A DNA stretch of 64,000 bases from Octopus sinensis. Lineage: Eukaryota. Position 1 is the first letter of the stretch; the number at the start of each line of letters is the position of its first letter. Below are positions 41,041-57,151 of the stretch, piece by piece. A program made the position numbers and the translations under genes. The notes below the pieces were generated by a model, which was given only the letters and a program-made list of their open reading frames with translations, had not been told where the DNA came from and did not search any database. Location: NCBI RefSeq assembly GCF_006345805.1, contig NC_043003.1, positions 116,994,001 to 117,058,000 on the forward strand, read 5' to 3'.

Positions 41041-42477
41041 TGAACATAAATACGTTAAATGTAAGTGCTGATTTGTGTGTGTAGGTATTTATAAATACAG
41101 ATAGGGAGAACAAGAGAAATATATTTACATGTGTGTGTGAGTGTGTGTGTGCGTGTGTGTGTCTGCGTGTTTGCGTCTGCATGATATGAAGTATAAACAC
41201 ACACATGTATATATGTATGTAGGCATACCTATATGTGTACATGTGTGAACGTGTGTTTGTACGTGAGTGTGTGTGCTTGCGTGTGTGTGTGTGTGCTTGT
41301 GTGTGTGTGTGTGTGTGTGAGTCTGACGCCTTTTTTATCTTATGTTATTTTTGTAAAAGAAGGAAAAGACAGTGATCAATTATTTTCTTGGATTTCATAA
41401 GAATGTCGAGGAGATGCCAAAATAAGCAATGTCGAAAACAGCACAGAATTAAAGTCGAATTTAATTTTCTCTATTTTTGTTTCAAGTTCGTCCATGCATT
41501 TGTTTAATTCATTATTGTTTTTGACAGGAGAGAAAACACTAGAAGAAAATAAAATATATACATTATCTCACATCAAGCTGAAGTCTGCGATAGTTAAAAT
41601 TTCTTGAAGGAATGGCAATACAAACGGTTGTATTTTGCTAAATCTCAAACAGTAAAATGTCAGTGTTTTGTGAGCCAATAAAAGAATTTCTTTGCACCCG
41701 CCATTATTTCTGTTAGAAATTGCAGCTAAATTTCATTGAAATCTGTCTTTATAGTCCGAAATGAAGACATTTAAATAAGAGACGAATTTCCTTGATATTT
41801 AAACCAAAAATATTGCAAACATGGCTCCAACATTTTTGATCATATATTTTTTGGTAAGTGTTGAGATTGTGCTAGACAACAATAACAAAACGTCCGCCCC
41901 AGTGTATTACTGTTATTTACTCAAAAGCCACATTCGTTAACTAAGGTGTTTAATCAACCAATTTTTTTGTTACTTTTAAAGATATGAACGCAGGCAAAAT
42001 TATGAAACTGGACCTTCATCCTGTAGCGTAACCTCGACTGCTTTTTTGCAACATAGCTTCTCATTTTTTTCCATCCTGATCGACGACTAAAGGGATTTCT
42101 AACTTCTTTCAGTCATTTGATAGCGACCATCTTTGGACACTTCCTTGAAGAATTTTTATTCCAATGATCAACACAGCAACTTAGTCGACATGCGGGGGTG
42201 TGGAACAACGACACGAAAAGACACATGCATGCACACATTGACACACACACATACATATAATGATAATACTAATAATAAAAATAATACTAAAAGAATTATA
42301 TGCAATAAGATGTACACTCTTCTTACTATTTTCACTCCTTAAACAAGTTTCTCCACTAAAGACAAACCATGGATATGCTTAGAAACGATTATCTCCCTTG
42401 AACAGCAAATCTCTTTCGTTCTCTGCCTCAACCACAGTATATACTGCTCCTTGTAAAATCACCATCACCACCCACAC

Positions 42478-42516
<39 letters not shown>

Positions 42517-44418
42517 CATTCACATACATACGACGAGATTCTTTCAGTTTCTGTCTACCAAACCCATTCACATACCCAACGTTCCACCACACAACGAAAC
42601 TGAACCCAGAACCATTTGTTTTAAGGGTGAACGTCTTACCACAGTCTTACACAGTCAAACCTACACCAAACTCTATACGAAATAAATTACCATTAAAGGC
42701 CTTAACGCCTACATGAACATTACTCAACCAATCAGCAACCAGCAATTGAGGGTTTTTTTCCCGCCAAAGAGCTTTACTGAAGGAGCTAGAAAGGGGGTTC
42801 ACAGCTATAAATATCTGACAAATTCAGTCTTCTGCCCAGAACGCCTCAGATATCTTGAAGAATCTAAGTTAGTCGTACCAGCTACATTTAGCCGTAGCTC
42901 ACATCTTTTTTTGATGTTTATTTAATGCTCGACAAAAAGCACCGACTTTATGTAGAGATTTTAATTCCTTTTACTTATTCCATCTTCAAACACCATTAAG
43001 TAGTTCATATTATCTCGCGCGTTTTATTACGAAAGAGTTCTATTATGTTCTTTGCGCTTTGAAAATTGTTCAATGAAACATACATCCCTAAAACCCCGGA
43101 AAATTACACTAAATCGAAGTTGCAAACAATTCTAAACAGAAAACCCTTCCCACTGTTTTTTTTTTATCTTGGGATGTGCATCCATTTTATCTAAGTAGCA
43201 TATTGATTTCAAAGTTTGACAGAAGAACAGTAATTTCGAGGGAGGAAGTATGGTAATTACAACGATTCTCTACCCACCACCCCGTGATTAGCTGGTACTT
43301 ATTTTATCGAACCCGAAATTATGAAAAGCTAAATCGACCTTGGCTGCGTTGGAAATCAGAACGTAAAGCCAGACGAAATACCTATTTCTTTACTACCCAC
43401 AAGGGACTAAACACAGAGGAGACAAACAAGGACAGACAAACGTATTAAGTCGATTATATCGACCCAAGTGCGTAACTCGTACTTAATTTATCGACCCCGA
43501 AAAGATTAAAGGCAAAGTCGACCTCGGCGGAATTTGAACTCAGAACGAACACACAGACGAAATACTGCCAAGCAATTTGTCCGGAGGCGGTAACCACTCA
43601 ACCGGCTCGCCACCTTCGTTTAAGTAACATATGAACCGATATTAACTACAGCAGAAAAAATACCTGGATTATCTTCGTATGAGTCTCTAATGTCGACGTT
43701 AGTTCAACATGTGGTTCTTCTACCGCCCTAACAAATACCGAAAATGTGCACCGCATGTATAATGCTAATCCATGAAATTAGTAAAAAAAATTCAAAATTC
43801 AAAAATTCAATAAAATACAAAAAGAGATTTGAAACAAAAAATTATGTTTCAAATGTGAAGATGCCGTAAGACGACAGTAGATTCGTGACACATTGGACAA
43901 CGGAGATTGTTTGATAATTCTTATAAGAAAAAAAGAAAGAGAACAATAATATGAGGAAAACAGAAAAGGAAATATCATAAAATTTGTAAAAGATCAGAAA
44001 ACTGACAAAAATAAATATTCCTCAGTTTTGAACCGGTGGGCATACTTAATTCTTCTTCACAATTCCAATGCAGCAGTGTGAATTTCCATTAGATATGACG
44101 ACATCTACCATTTTTTATACCGTTAACTATTTTCATTTTATTTTATTCTTTGGGGGGATTTTTGTTGTTGTATTTGTTTGTTTGGTTTAAAGTTTGTTCA
44201 TTCAACTTTTTTTTTCAGCCTCCGAAAATCTGTTAACCCGAAGAGAAAAGAAGTGTCTCATAAAAACCATAGATATTCTTTCATTAACATGTAGAAATGG
44301 AAATTAAAGAACAATAGCATCTACGCAAAATCTTCAAAATAATACTTGCTAATAAATAAAATAATCATATTTCTAATGGATAAATATGCGCATGTGTGAG
44401 TGTCTGTGTTTGTGTGAG

Positions 44419-44475
<57 letters not shown>

Positions 44476-44477
<2 letters not shown>

Positions 44478-45374
44478 TAAGTAATTAAGGGTTTAGCAAC
44501 GATTTGCTAAAACCACAGCACTTGAAAGGTGACTTAATATTGTATGATCGATTGTCGTCATTTCTTTCTCTCTTGCCTGTGTTTACCTTTCAAGTGCTGT
44601 GGTTTTACTGAGATCTCCCTTTTAGTAGAAAGAATAGCTATAACTCTTTGACTGCTATTTCTAAATTCGGTATGTGGTGAAGCAAATCGTTGCTAAACCC
44701 TTAATTACTTAGTATTACTTAAACTTTCCTCGAACGGAGCTTTTACATGCCGAAATCTACTTGGTGAAATTAATGATTATTCCAAATTAATTAATTTCAC
44801 CCTATATTATTACTGATAACCATATTTCATCCCAGTAAATGACCACAACATCTTGTCTTGGCTGCACGCTGGTGGGAAAGGGTTGGTGACACAAACTTTC
44901 ATTCACACTTTGAATTTGGTGATACTGGTAACGGCTTTAGCTCGCTCTGATACTATGAGTTGAGATGATGTCTTCTAGTACCTCGAAATTTAATATACAA
45001 TTATTCATAATTGTAGTGTCCTACGCTGATGAGAAAAAAAGTTGGGTAAGACATAATTATCTAATTCTTATGCTTTCCTAAAACTTAATTTCGAAACGTA
45101 CGTCCGTAGGTTACTTAATATTGTATGATCGATTGTCGTCATTTCTTTCTCTCTTGCCTGTGTTTGCCTTTCAAGTGCTGTGGTTTTACTGAGATCTCCC
45201 TTTTAGTAGAAAGAATAGCTATAACTCTTTGACTGCTATTTCTAAATTCGGTGTGTGGTGAGGCAAATCGTTGCTAAACCCTTAATTACTTAGTATTACT
45301 TAAACTTTCCTCGAAATCTACTTCGTGAAATTAATGATTATTCCAAATTAATTAATTTCACCCTATATTATTAC

Positions 45375-45376
<2 letters not shown>
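44476..45376 (+). mobile_element. HHR mini-element with direct repeats (44531-44815 / 45112-45376, period 581) and short inverted 5' pieces, inside (TA)n
   Basis: 44476-44508 = rc(44679-44711) and 44506-44530 = rc(44586-44610). (TA)n lies on both flanks. Confidence 0.85.
45020..45110 (+). ncRNA. Type I hammerhead ribozyme (GUC after 45104)
   Basis: cctacg-CTGATGA-gaaa..aagtt...aactt..tttc-GAAAC-gtac-GTC-cgtagg; perfect palindrome ACGTACGT. Confidence 0.92.
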
Positions 45377-45418
<42 letters not shown>

Positions 45419-45433
45419 GTATGTATATATATA

Positions 45434-45630
45434 TAGGGAGACTTCACGAAAACAATAAAAGACGAAGACAGGTGGTGTAGAAAACAAACAGATGTATTAG
45501 TATAACGCTCAGGAATTGAAAAAGTCTTTTACGTTTCGAGCCTACGCTCTTCTACAGAAAGGGACACAGAAAAAACAAGGAGAGAAACAAGAAGAGAAAA
45601 AATGTGTGTAGTGGCTACCGATCAATCATA
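45434..45630 (-). mobile_element. About 200-bp short element with a minimal HHR-like motif with CUGUAGA core (copies also at 3024-3230 +, 31380-31520 -, 32392-32590 -)
   Basis: cttt-CTGTAGA-a-gagc-gtag-gctc-GAAAC-GTA-aaag at 45526-45561. The same architecture is at 31440-31475 and 32478-32513. Confidence 0.62.
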
Positions 45631-45869
45631 TATACATACGCCGCTCTGATGAAGCTGTAAAGCTACTCGCGCAAACAGATATGTATACAATATTTCTTTA
45701 TGTTTAAATTACAATGCTGAACAAATATATAGACTTCAAATTACAAAGGAATGCATACAGAGAGAAATGTATAAAAGTAGAGAGAATATATAACCAACAG
45801 AAGAAAGAAAATTAATGAAAAGTATTTTATTTTGAATATCATCGCTAATCCATTTACACTGTAATTTTA

Positions 45870-47150
45870 ATTACGTTTGGAATTCCATAGTGGCCGCACA
45901 AGAAAATACAATCTCATATGCATGCGTTTGCGTGTGCATTCAAGGTGGAGATGGAAATTAATGTTTGATGTGCTTGTTGTCTGTAAAACTTTAATGGTGG
46001 TTCTGCTGTTTATGTAATGCCATTCACTGAGATTGTGTAATTGTCCTTTATACGGATTCAAATTCTGGTTAGTGAAACACTTGTTTAAGGGTTTCTAGTT
46101 TATGAAGGTCTTGTTGCATGCATGCATACATACATACATACATACATACATACATACATACATACATACATACATACATACATGCATACATATATACATA
46201 CATACATACATACATACATACATACATACATACATGCATGCATGCATACATACATACATACATTAACACATGCATACATACATACATACATTAACACATG
46301 CATACATACATACATACATGCATACATACATGCATACATACATGCATACATACATACATACGTACATACATACATACATACATAATACATACATACATAC
46401 ATGCATACATACATGCATACATACATGCATACATACATACATACATACATACATACATACACACACATACATACATACATGCATACATACACACATACAT
46501 ACGTACATACATACATACATACATACATACATACACACATACATACATACGTACATACATACATACATACATAATACATACATACACACATACATACATA
46601 CATACATACATGTATGCATACATACATACATATGTAACAAACTGCTTAAGTACAAATCTTGAGAAATTAAGCTTCCCAAAACCAGAAAAGGGTAGGCTGA
46701 TCGAAGCCCAAAGATTCAAGCCATCACTGGGACTGTAAAATATTGTAAAATATTGTTTGCTTTTTAAGCATATATGCGCATGTATAAAAATGCAACACTG
46801 TGCAGAGATTACATGCATAAAGCAAAACATAAAAATCCGCACCTGTACTGACCCCAAATACTCGAGTTTATTCTTCTTCACTAAGCCTCGCTCTCTAGTA
46901 TTCCAAGTAGCAAATATACTTCTCTCTGTTTTAAAAATCTTCTGTGTCGAATCTTCTAAGATCTTCAAATGAGCTTCAACCTCGCATTTATGAAGATCTC
47001 ATTAGCTAAGCATAGATCATGAATTATGGGTGCTCTATAACTCCTTCCCACGATCCTGTTAATATTTGCTATGTTGGCCTCAACAGTGTCACCTTTCTTT
47101 CTTCGTCTACGTTGCTTGTCGTTACATAGGTAACCATGGCGCAGCATTGC
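45870..47150 (-). mobile_element. Very decayed CR1/L2-like 3' remnant split by (CATA)n
   Basis: QQDLHKL and RRRRKKGDTVEA..WN motifs; weak. Confidence 0.3.
46117..46630. repeat. (CATA)n microsatellite
   Basis: Direct reading. Confidence 0.95.
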
Positions 47151-47176
47151 TTCTGCAGCATACTGATACTACTAAA

Positions 47177-47560
47177 AGGAGGCGCAATGACCCAGTGGTT
47201 AGGGCAGCGGACTCGCGGTCATAGGATTGCGGTTTCGATTCCCAGACTGGGCGTTGTGAGTGTTTATTGAGCGAAAACACCTAAAGCTCCACGAGGCTCC
47301 GGCAGGGGATGGTGGTGATCCCTGCTGTACTCTTTCACCACAACTTTCTCTCACTCTTACTTCCTGTTTCTGTTGTACCTGTATTTCAAAGGGCCGGCCT
47401 TGTCACTCTCTGTGTCACGCTGAATATCCCCGAGAACTACGTTAAGGGTGCACGTGTCTGTGGAGTGCTCAGCCACTTACACGTTAATTTCACGAGCAGG
47501 CTGTTCCGTTGATTCGGATCAACCGGAACCCTCATCGTCGTAACCGACGGAGTGCTTCCC
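47177..47560 (+). mobile_element. tRNA-derived SINE family C
   Basis: ggaggcgcaatgacccagtggttagggc (A-box)...ggtttcgattccc (B-box). Related heads or parts at 61977-62340 +, 29385-29670 +, 2620-2740 +, 32680-32775 -. Confidence 0.8.
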
Positions 47561-48125
47561 CCACTACTAAAACTTGTATGAAGCCATAATTGTTGCTGGT
47601 GTCGGAAGGTGAAAAATATACAACGAAATGCGAAGGAGCAAATATAGTAAGGTATTTTATTTGATCTGCCGAGAATTCTGTTAATGCAACATGCAATAAA
47701 TATATACTTTTAGCTCTCCATCGTACGGCGCTGAAAACGAGGAAAGCTTCAGTAATGTATGTATGTGTTTATTGTAATATGTTTTACAAGTATTTTTTCA
47801 GCGAATTTGTCTTCACATTACGATATATTGTCAATGTAAACAGGAATGTATTTTCATATTTATTGAGTCCCCTGCCAAATCACTTTACACAAAAAAATAT
47901 TTTCCTGTACTTACATAATATTTGTTTCTGTTGCACAAGTCCATATGTGGGTGTGCACGAGAGAGAGAGAGAGGAGGGGGGAAAGAGAGGAAGGAGAAGA
48001 AGGAGAAGAAGGAGAAGAAGAAGAAGAAGAAGAAGAAGGAGAAGAAGGAAGAAGAAGAAGAGAAGAAGAAGAAGGAGAGAAGAAGAAGAAGAAGAAGAAG
48101 AGAAGAAGAAGAAGAAGAAAAGAAG

Positions 48126-48156
<31 letters not shown>

Positions 48157-48603
48157 GAAATAAAAGCTAAAAGGTTTAAATTATTGACAGAATCAGTTTG
48201 TTATGTTTGTGTTCTCTGTTGCTTTTTTTATCTAGAATCCTACAAGTTAAGGGAAATGAAAATAGGATTTAGAGAGAGAAAGACAAATAGTGAGCTAGAG
48301 AGAGAGAGAAGAAGGGGGAGAGAGAGAAATGTAGAGAAAAAGAAACAGAGAGAGAGGGAGAAAAGGAAACAATGAAAATGATAGACACAAGGAGAGAAGA
48401 GTGAGAGGAGAAAAATTCTTTGATAAAGAGAAAGGAATAAAGAAAAAATATCTTTCACGAAAACAAAACATGCATAAAAGAATAACAATCAGGGAAAGAA
48501 ATTTTGCTAGGAGCAATGCAGAAGCAGAAAATAAAATCATCAGTTAGTGAATGCAGAACGAACCTTTCAAGGAATATGCGCTTACATGTGCATACATGTG
48601 CAT

Positions 48604-48671
<68 letters not shown>

Positions 48672-49554
48672 GCGTTTGTGTGTGTGTATGAATTTCTGAA
48701 TGCAATAACGAAATCAGAGAAAGGGCCAAACTATATATAGTATATTGAAGTTACTGTTTTCTAAGTTCTCTGCGAAATACAGGTTCTGTGCATAAGTAAT
48801 CATAAGTACATTGTAGTTGAGAAGACGAGCGACGAATTTAGTGTGTGCGAGTGTGTGTGTGTATTTTTAAGTTTAGTCATTTACACGACATCCTAAACAG
48901 ACAAATAAAAAGAATGATATGATTTAAACAAAGTCAGCCTTTTCTTATTCCCATCTAGGCGCTTCTTCTTTGCTTTTATGTATGTATTTTCCTTCACTCT
49001 GATGAAGCGTCATGTTCCACATCGGTTTTATTAACAAATATGATGAATATTATTTTAAGCATATCAGTTGGAATACCACATAAATACTGGAAGTAGAAAC
49101 AGCTGTTAGATGGGATGCAGTCTATTTGTATTGAATTAAAAAATAATAATTGATGTATGTCAGTTCCAGAAACTCGTCTCTGGATGTAGGCTTAGATGGG
49201 TGGAGGTGCTAATCTCCCCCTTGTAAGCATAAGGACAGAGGAAATGTGTCAAGGCCGACAGGAAGCGTTGCTGCTTCCTAGGGCTAAATAGCAGTAGTAT
49301 GATTCCCTTCATGGGACTGCCACATTAAAGTGGTTGACAGTATACAACCACTTTATCGTACCACTACTGCGTATATCACTCTGAGATATTTAGAAATTAT
49401 TTATATATATATATATATATATCATATAATTAAGGGCTAAAGAGGGTTATTCTAAAGCCAAATACACTGCTTTATCCACTTATAATCCGCTTGTTACAGG
49501 AAAATTGAAACTGAAAACGGGCAACTAACCTTTAGAAAATTTAAATTTCGTTAT

Positions 49555-49618
49555 CTCTATATTGAATCAATTTCGGACTTAATCTTATAAAAAAAGATAT
49601 ATTCCTTCTTCAGTAGAA
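49555..49618 (-). ncRNA. Type I hammerhead ribozyme (AUA) in an element of about 49423-49680 ending at (TA)n
   Basis: Minus strand: ttcta-CTGAAGA-a-gga...tcc-GAAA-TTGATTCAAT-A-tagag. Confidence 0.72.
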
Positions 49619-49735
49619 CTTTCGATGGGATATAAATAAAATACTCACGTATGATCATGGAAAAAGCACAAGCTAAAAACATAACTACACTTGAGTACAT
49701 CACTTATATCTAAAAATAAAAATTCTTTGGTCAGC

Positions 49736-49768
<33 letters not shown>

Positions 49769-49813
49769 CATAAACATATACATATACATATACATATATA
49801 TATATATATATAC

Positions 49814-49846
<33 letters not shown>

Positions 49847-49864
49847 ATATATATATATATACAT

Positions 49865-49910
<46 letters not shown>

Positions 49911-49941
49911 CATATACATATACATATACATACATATATAT

Positions 49942-49979
<38 letters not shown>

Positions 49980-50255
49980 ATGTATATATATGTATACTGT
50001 TCTGGGTTCAGTCCCATTGCGCGGCAACTTGGGCGAGTGTCTTACTATAGCCTCGGGCTGGCCTTGGCTTTTTGAGTGGAATTCGTTTCCAAAATTTCCT
50101 TATACTCTCAAAATACACTGAACGAGGGAAAATTTGAGCTGATGCATTTGGAAGACCTTTTTCGAGTAACGTGCTTATTGTGATAAATTATATGGTTATG
50201 GACATTTTCGGCATATTTGGCATTAGAAATTTTTTCGTTTGCCCTTATTTATAAG

Positions 50256-50361
<106 letters not shown>

Positions 50362-50543
50362 TGTATATATTAATGTATATATTAATGTATATATATGTAT
50401 ATATGTATGTATGTATGTATATAACAGGAATATTAACTGGAACAGTTCACACTTTAAGATGCCAGATTGTTTGTATTTCAATTTCTAGGTCTTTATGTTA
50501 TTATTATTATTATTATTGTTATTATTATTATTATTATTATTAT

Positions 50544-50578
<35 letters not shown>

Positions 50579-50594
50579 TAGTAGTAGTAGTAGT

Positions 50595-51370
50595 GAAACT
50601 TGTTTACTGATCATGCTTCAAGAATCCTTCGAAGAGTTCTTGCAGTTCCAAGCAACGAGGATTTTCCTAGGTGTTCTACCTTCACACTTTCACCGATCTT
50701 TTTCGGCCACGTCGGCAGTTGAGTGCTGATACTTCCAAGTGCACCAGTTAATATTCGTATCAAGTCTACTCTCATCATTGACCACAACCTTCGTATTTCC
50801 CACCACTTTAAATTGTCAGAGTTATTTATTTGTTCTTCTTCTCCTTCCACATTGATCCTTTGGTCGCCGGGAACTGCCATGTCGATTATTATACGTGTTC
50901 TTTTATTTTTATTTACCGCCACAATGTCCGGTTTTCTAGGTCTGGCCGAGTGTTCGCATTGAATCATTACATCCAATAGGATTTTGCAATACTCATTTTC
51001 GGTCACCTCCTTTTGTGGTCTGCACATACCACGTTTTTGCTCTGTGTAGGCTGTGATTTCCACAGAGTTCCAAATGGATCATTTTTACCACATTCTCATG
51101 GCGTCTTTTGTATTCGCATTGTGCTAATTTCGGGCATTCGCTAACGATGTGTCATACCGTTTCATCTCTCCCACCACATTCTGGATTTGTCGCTGTCGGT
51201 CGTGTTGTCTATTCTGCACCTAACATAGTTGGTCCTTTACGCTTGTCCTTGAGCTGCGCATATGAGTGCTTCAGGTCACTCCTCCCCGTCCATAACTACC
51301 GGTGTTCTATATCCGTCTTGGCGCTCACGTCTCTTGCAAACTGACCGTACATTTTCTTCCATGCTTTTTT
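50595..51370 (-). mobile_element. R4/Dong-like LINE 3' fragment
   Basis: KILLDVMIQC...RKPDIVAV...IIIDMAVPGD...GALG (ORF 50611-51063); ends at (TAG)/(TAA)n. Confidence 0.78.
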
Positions 51371-51438
51371 TCTTTTTTGATGTTCATTTGTTTAAATTTC
51401 CATACCGAGACTATATTATAGCCCAGTGCTCAACCCCC

Positions 51439-53528
<2,090 letters not shown>

Positions 53529-53550
53529 ATTATTATTATTATTATTATTA

Positions 53551-53600
<50 letters not shown>

Positions 53601-56383
53601 AATAATGAAGTTTGGCATAGATAATGCATACGTGGTTTTGTGGCCAATGAATGTAAATTAGAGGTTTTCTTATGAGAGGCAACTGTAAACCTTTGTAAGT
53701 CATACGAATTTACTGTTTATCTAGATTTATATTTAAAAAATAGGTTTTGTTAGGCAACACAGAAGTTGTTGTAAGTACATAAATCATATTTTTGCTGCGT
53801 ACATTTATCAATATACAGTTTTTTACCCAAGAGGTTTGGTGATGAGGTTGTAGATAATATTGGTTTCAACTTGTGTCCCAAGGCCAGCAATTTTGCCTAG
53901 CTTGCTAACGATTCTACGAGTCTGCTGTCTTAGTTCTTTTATATATTACCTTCTAAGCATGTAGTCTTGTATCTAAAATTACAAGAGTTCAATGTTTTCT
54001 ATCTACATAACTAAATAGAAAGTTTATGATAAAAGACAAATTTGAAATCGCTAGCGGTAGTCTGTTTAGGCTTTTAAACAAGTTCTTCATAAAATATGCG
54101 TAGGTGTTCTGTAAAGAGATTTTCCTAATTTCAACCACTACCTTTGACAGGATTCCATTATTAATATTAGTTTCCTACATAATAAATTTCAATTCCGATA
54201 TTAATATTTAAAATTATCAAAGCAATTGAATATGATGAGCCTTGGTCTTAACGTCAAATCTTTCTTCTCCTCATGGACGAAGACTTCTCTTATTTGCGAA
54301 TACACGTAAGTAGCAGCAATAGAGTGACGTCCACTACATAACCTGTCATGTATCTAGTCGAAGGAAATCAATATACATTTATCTAAATGTAAAATCCTGT
54401 CGAGTTCTTATCAAGTATCTCAATGCTAGTGTTTTGCTGAGTTCACTTCGACTCTCCTGCCTTCAGCTGTTTTCCATCATTTACTTTACACTGTTGCTAT
54501 ATTCTTTTCTGTTGTGTTCAGTTCAGTTTATTATATGTCTTGTTTTTTCTTTTGTGAATAAACAAACTCTTCGACAACTTTCGTTCGTACTTAAGGGCTT
54601 GAGTCACAATTTCCCTAATTAAGTTAGTGCAACAACACATATTGCGGAGTGGTGCAGGCTACGTCTCTAGCATCGACAGCATCCTTGAAACAAGCCCCTA
54701 GGAGCTTTATTACATTTAACGTAGAGAAGTGAGAAGCGGAGTTGATAATTCTATTTCTAAACGTGTGTTCATCATGTGTTTATAACTCTGAAATCCTTTC
54801 AGAACGAATAAGTTCAAATACATGTAAGTAGCTGTATTGAATTTAATCCTGCACAAGCATCCTATTTGTTGCATTACGGATCTTTTGGTCAAAAGTTTTG
54901 CTCTGCTTTACCACAGTATCTGCTTCCAAAAAGAAATTATACAAATATAAATCAAACATACTGAACTACTGGAATTAAATGGGGATTACAAAACTATGAT
55001 TGATCATAATTTAGACATATTTTTTCTTTCATTTCCTTACACATTTTCCCGCAGAATGAATAAAATATTGAATATCGAATTTTAATTTCTCTTCGCAGGT
55101 TATAGACTATATACTATATATTGAAGGCGGAGAGCTGGCAGAAACGTTAGCACGCCGGGCGAAATGCGTAGCCGTATTTCGTTTGTCGTTACGTTCTGAG
55201 TTCAAATTCCGCCGAGGTCGACTTTGCCTTTCATCCTTTCGGGGTCAATAAATTAAGTACCAGTTACGCACTGGGGTCGATGTAATCGACTTAATCCCTT
55301 TGTCTGTCCTTGTTTGTCCCCTCTGTGGGTAGTAAAGAAATATATATACTATATTTGAAAACATTTCCCCACTCCATTCGGTACTTGGTGGTGCTATGTG
55401 ACTGCTAACAAAGCGTCAGATTGACAGTAGGTCCTACAATGATGACTCAGTGCTTTGAATTTGTTCCGAACACATTTCAGCTCCTTGATTTTTAAGTTTC
55501 AGATACAAATTGACCGAAGGGGTTTCTTTTTAATTACTGAGGTTTATAAACGAGAGAGCTGAAGTAAATTCAGTGGTCAGGATTTGGGACTCAGGTTCCA
55601 GAAATGAAACTAGCTTTTCCTGTGGTACACTGTATGATCCGAATTAATGAAAATTTAACTAATCTTCTTTAAGCCTAGATTATCTACAAGCAGATTGCCA
55701 ATACCGAATGTTTTAGATTTACCTACCTAAAGATAAGTACATTTATCAGAATTACGTTGACACAAACAGATTGTTTTAAGAACTCAGAGGTATTATATGA
55801 TTCTTTGAGTAACTGGTCTCTTGGTCTGCTTCAGAATCGTACATACACGCAGCGTACAGCCTAAATAAACTGCAAAAGCTCTTGTCACTGGGTCGTAGAC
55901 AAACAACACACGTTGTAGGATATGAATGTGAGAGGGGATAAACCAAGTTCTTATATTGGAAACTTGCTTGTATCGCCTTGGCTTTGGTCCCATGATGCCC
56001 TTGTGAAGTTCAGGTGCAAATTTTTAATAATAAAGATTTGTAAACAGATATAACAGCGAAAATGATTGAGTAATTAATACGAGGAAATACTTAGAAAATA
56101 AATTTGATTAAAGTACATTGAAAGTATCAAACGACATTGAGAGAGGATATTCTACGCTTCATTTTGTTGTTATCTCGTGATATGCTACAATCTCGCTGTG
56201 CGATAAACAGAGTCATTGTAGATCCAGTATGATAGAGATACGGACAAACACGAGTGTTGGGAAGGCTATACAACAATAACAATGACAATAACATTGTCGG
56301 AACTTGCTTCAATCGGAGAACATTGTAATGGTGATTCTACGTAAGGTTAATGAATTTAACTTAGAAAAAGGTAATGTGAATTA

Positions 56384-56384
<1 letters not shown>

Positions 56385-56434
<50 letters not shown>

Positions 56435-56468
56435 GTAATAATAACAGTAATAAAACAGTAATAAAACA

Positions 56469-56502
<34 letters not shown>

Positions 56503-57025
56503 TAATAATAATAACTGTTATTATTAGTGTTATTACTACTACTATTATAATTAAATAGAAAAGACAGGCAACCAATTCATATTATCTGTCTTGGTAGCAC
56601 GATAAGGCGCCACAAGGAAAACCCAAAGAACTAATTTAATATGAAAAGCAATTGTATGGTAGGGAAATAAGTAAAATAGAAATGGAACCAGATAATATCC
56701 AATTAGCTGTTTTCTTCGTGAAATAGTAAACCAAAAGATGGCTAACGGTGCTCTTTTAGTTCGATATACAAAAACAAAACAAAGACAAATAAAAAGAAAG
56801 CCAAAAGAAAAAAAAATGAATTCATCATGATAATCGAATCGTACAATTAGAGAAGCGAACAAGATAACGGCGAGGCTATGAAAGCTGAGTAATAGGAAAT
56901 AATGAAATCCTATACACCACCACCACCACCAACAACAACAACAGCAACAGCAACAATAACAATAAAACTTCTACTATTACGGCTACTAATATAACTAATA
57001 ATAATGATGATGACGGTGATGATGT

Positions 57026-57071
<46 letters not shown>

Positions 57072-57096
57072 GGTGGTGGTGGTGGTGGTGGTGGTG

Positions 57097-57151
<55 letters not shown>

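Noticed and set aside
45644-45680. ctCTGATGAagc (a similar start occurs at about 48998)
   Set aside because: No properly placed GAAA or stem pairing; at best a decayed remnant.
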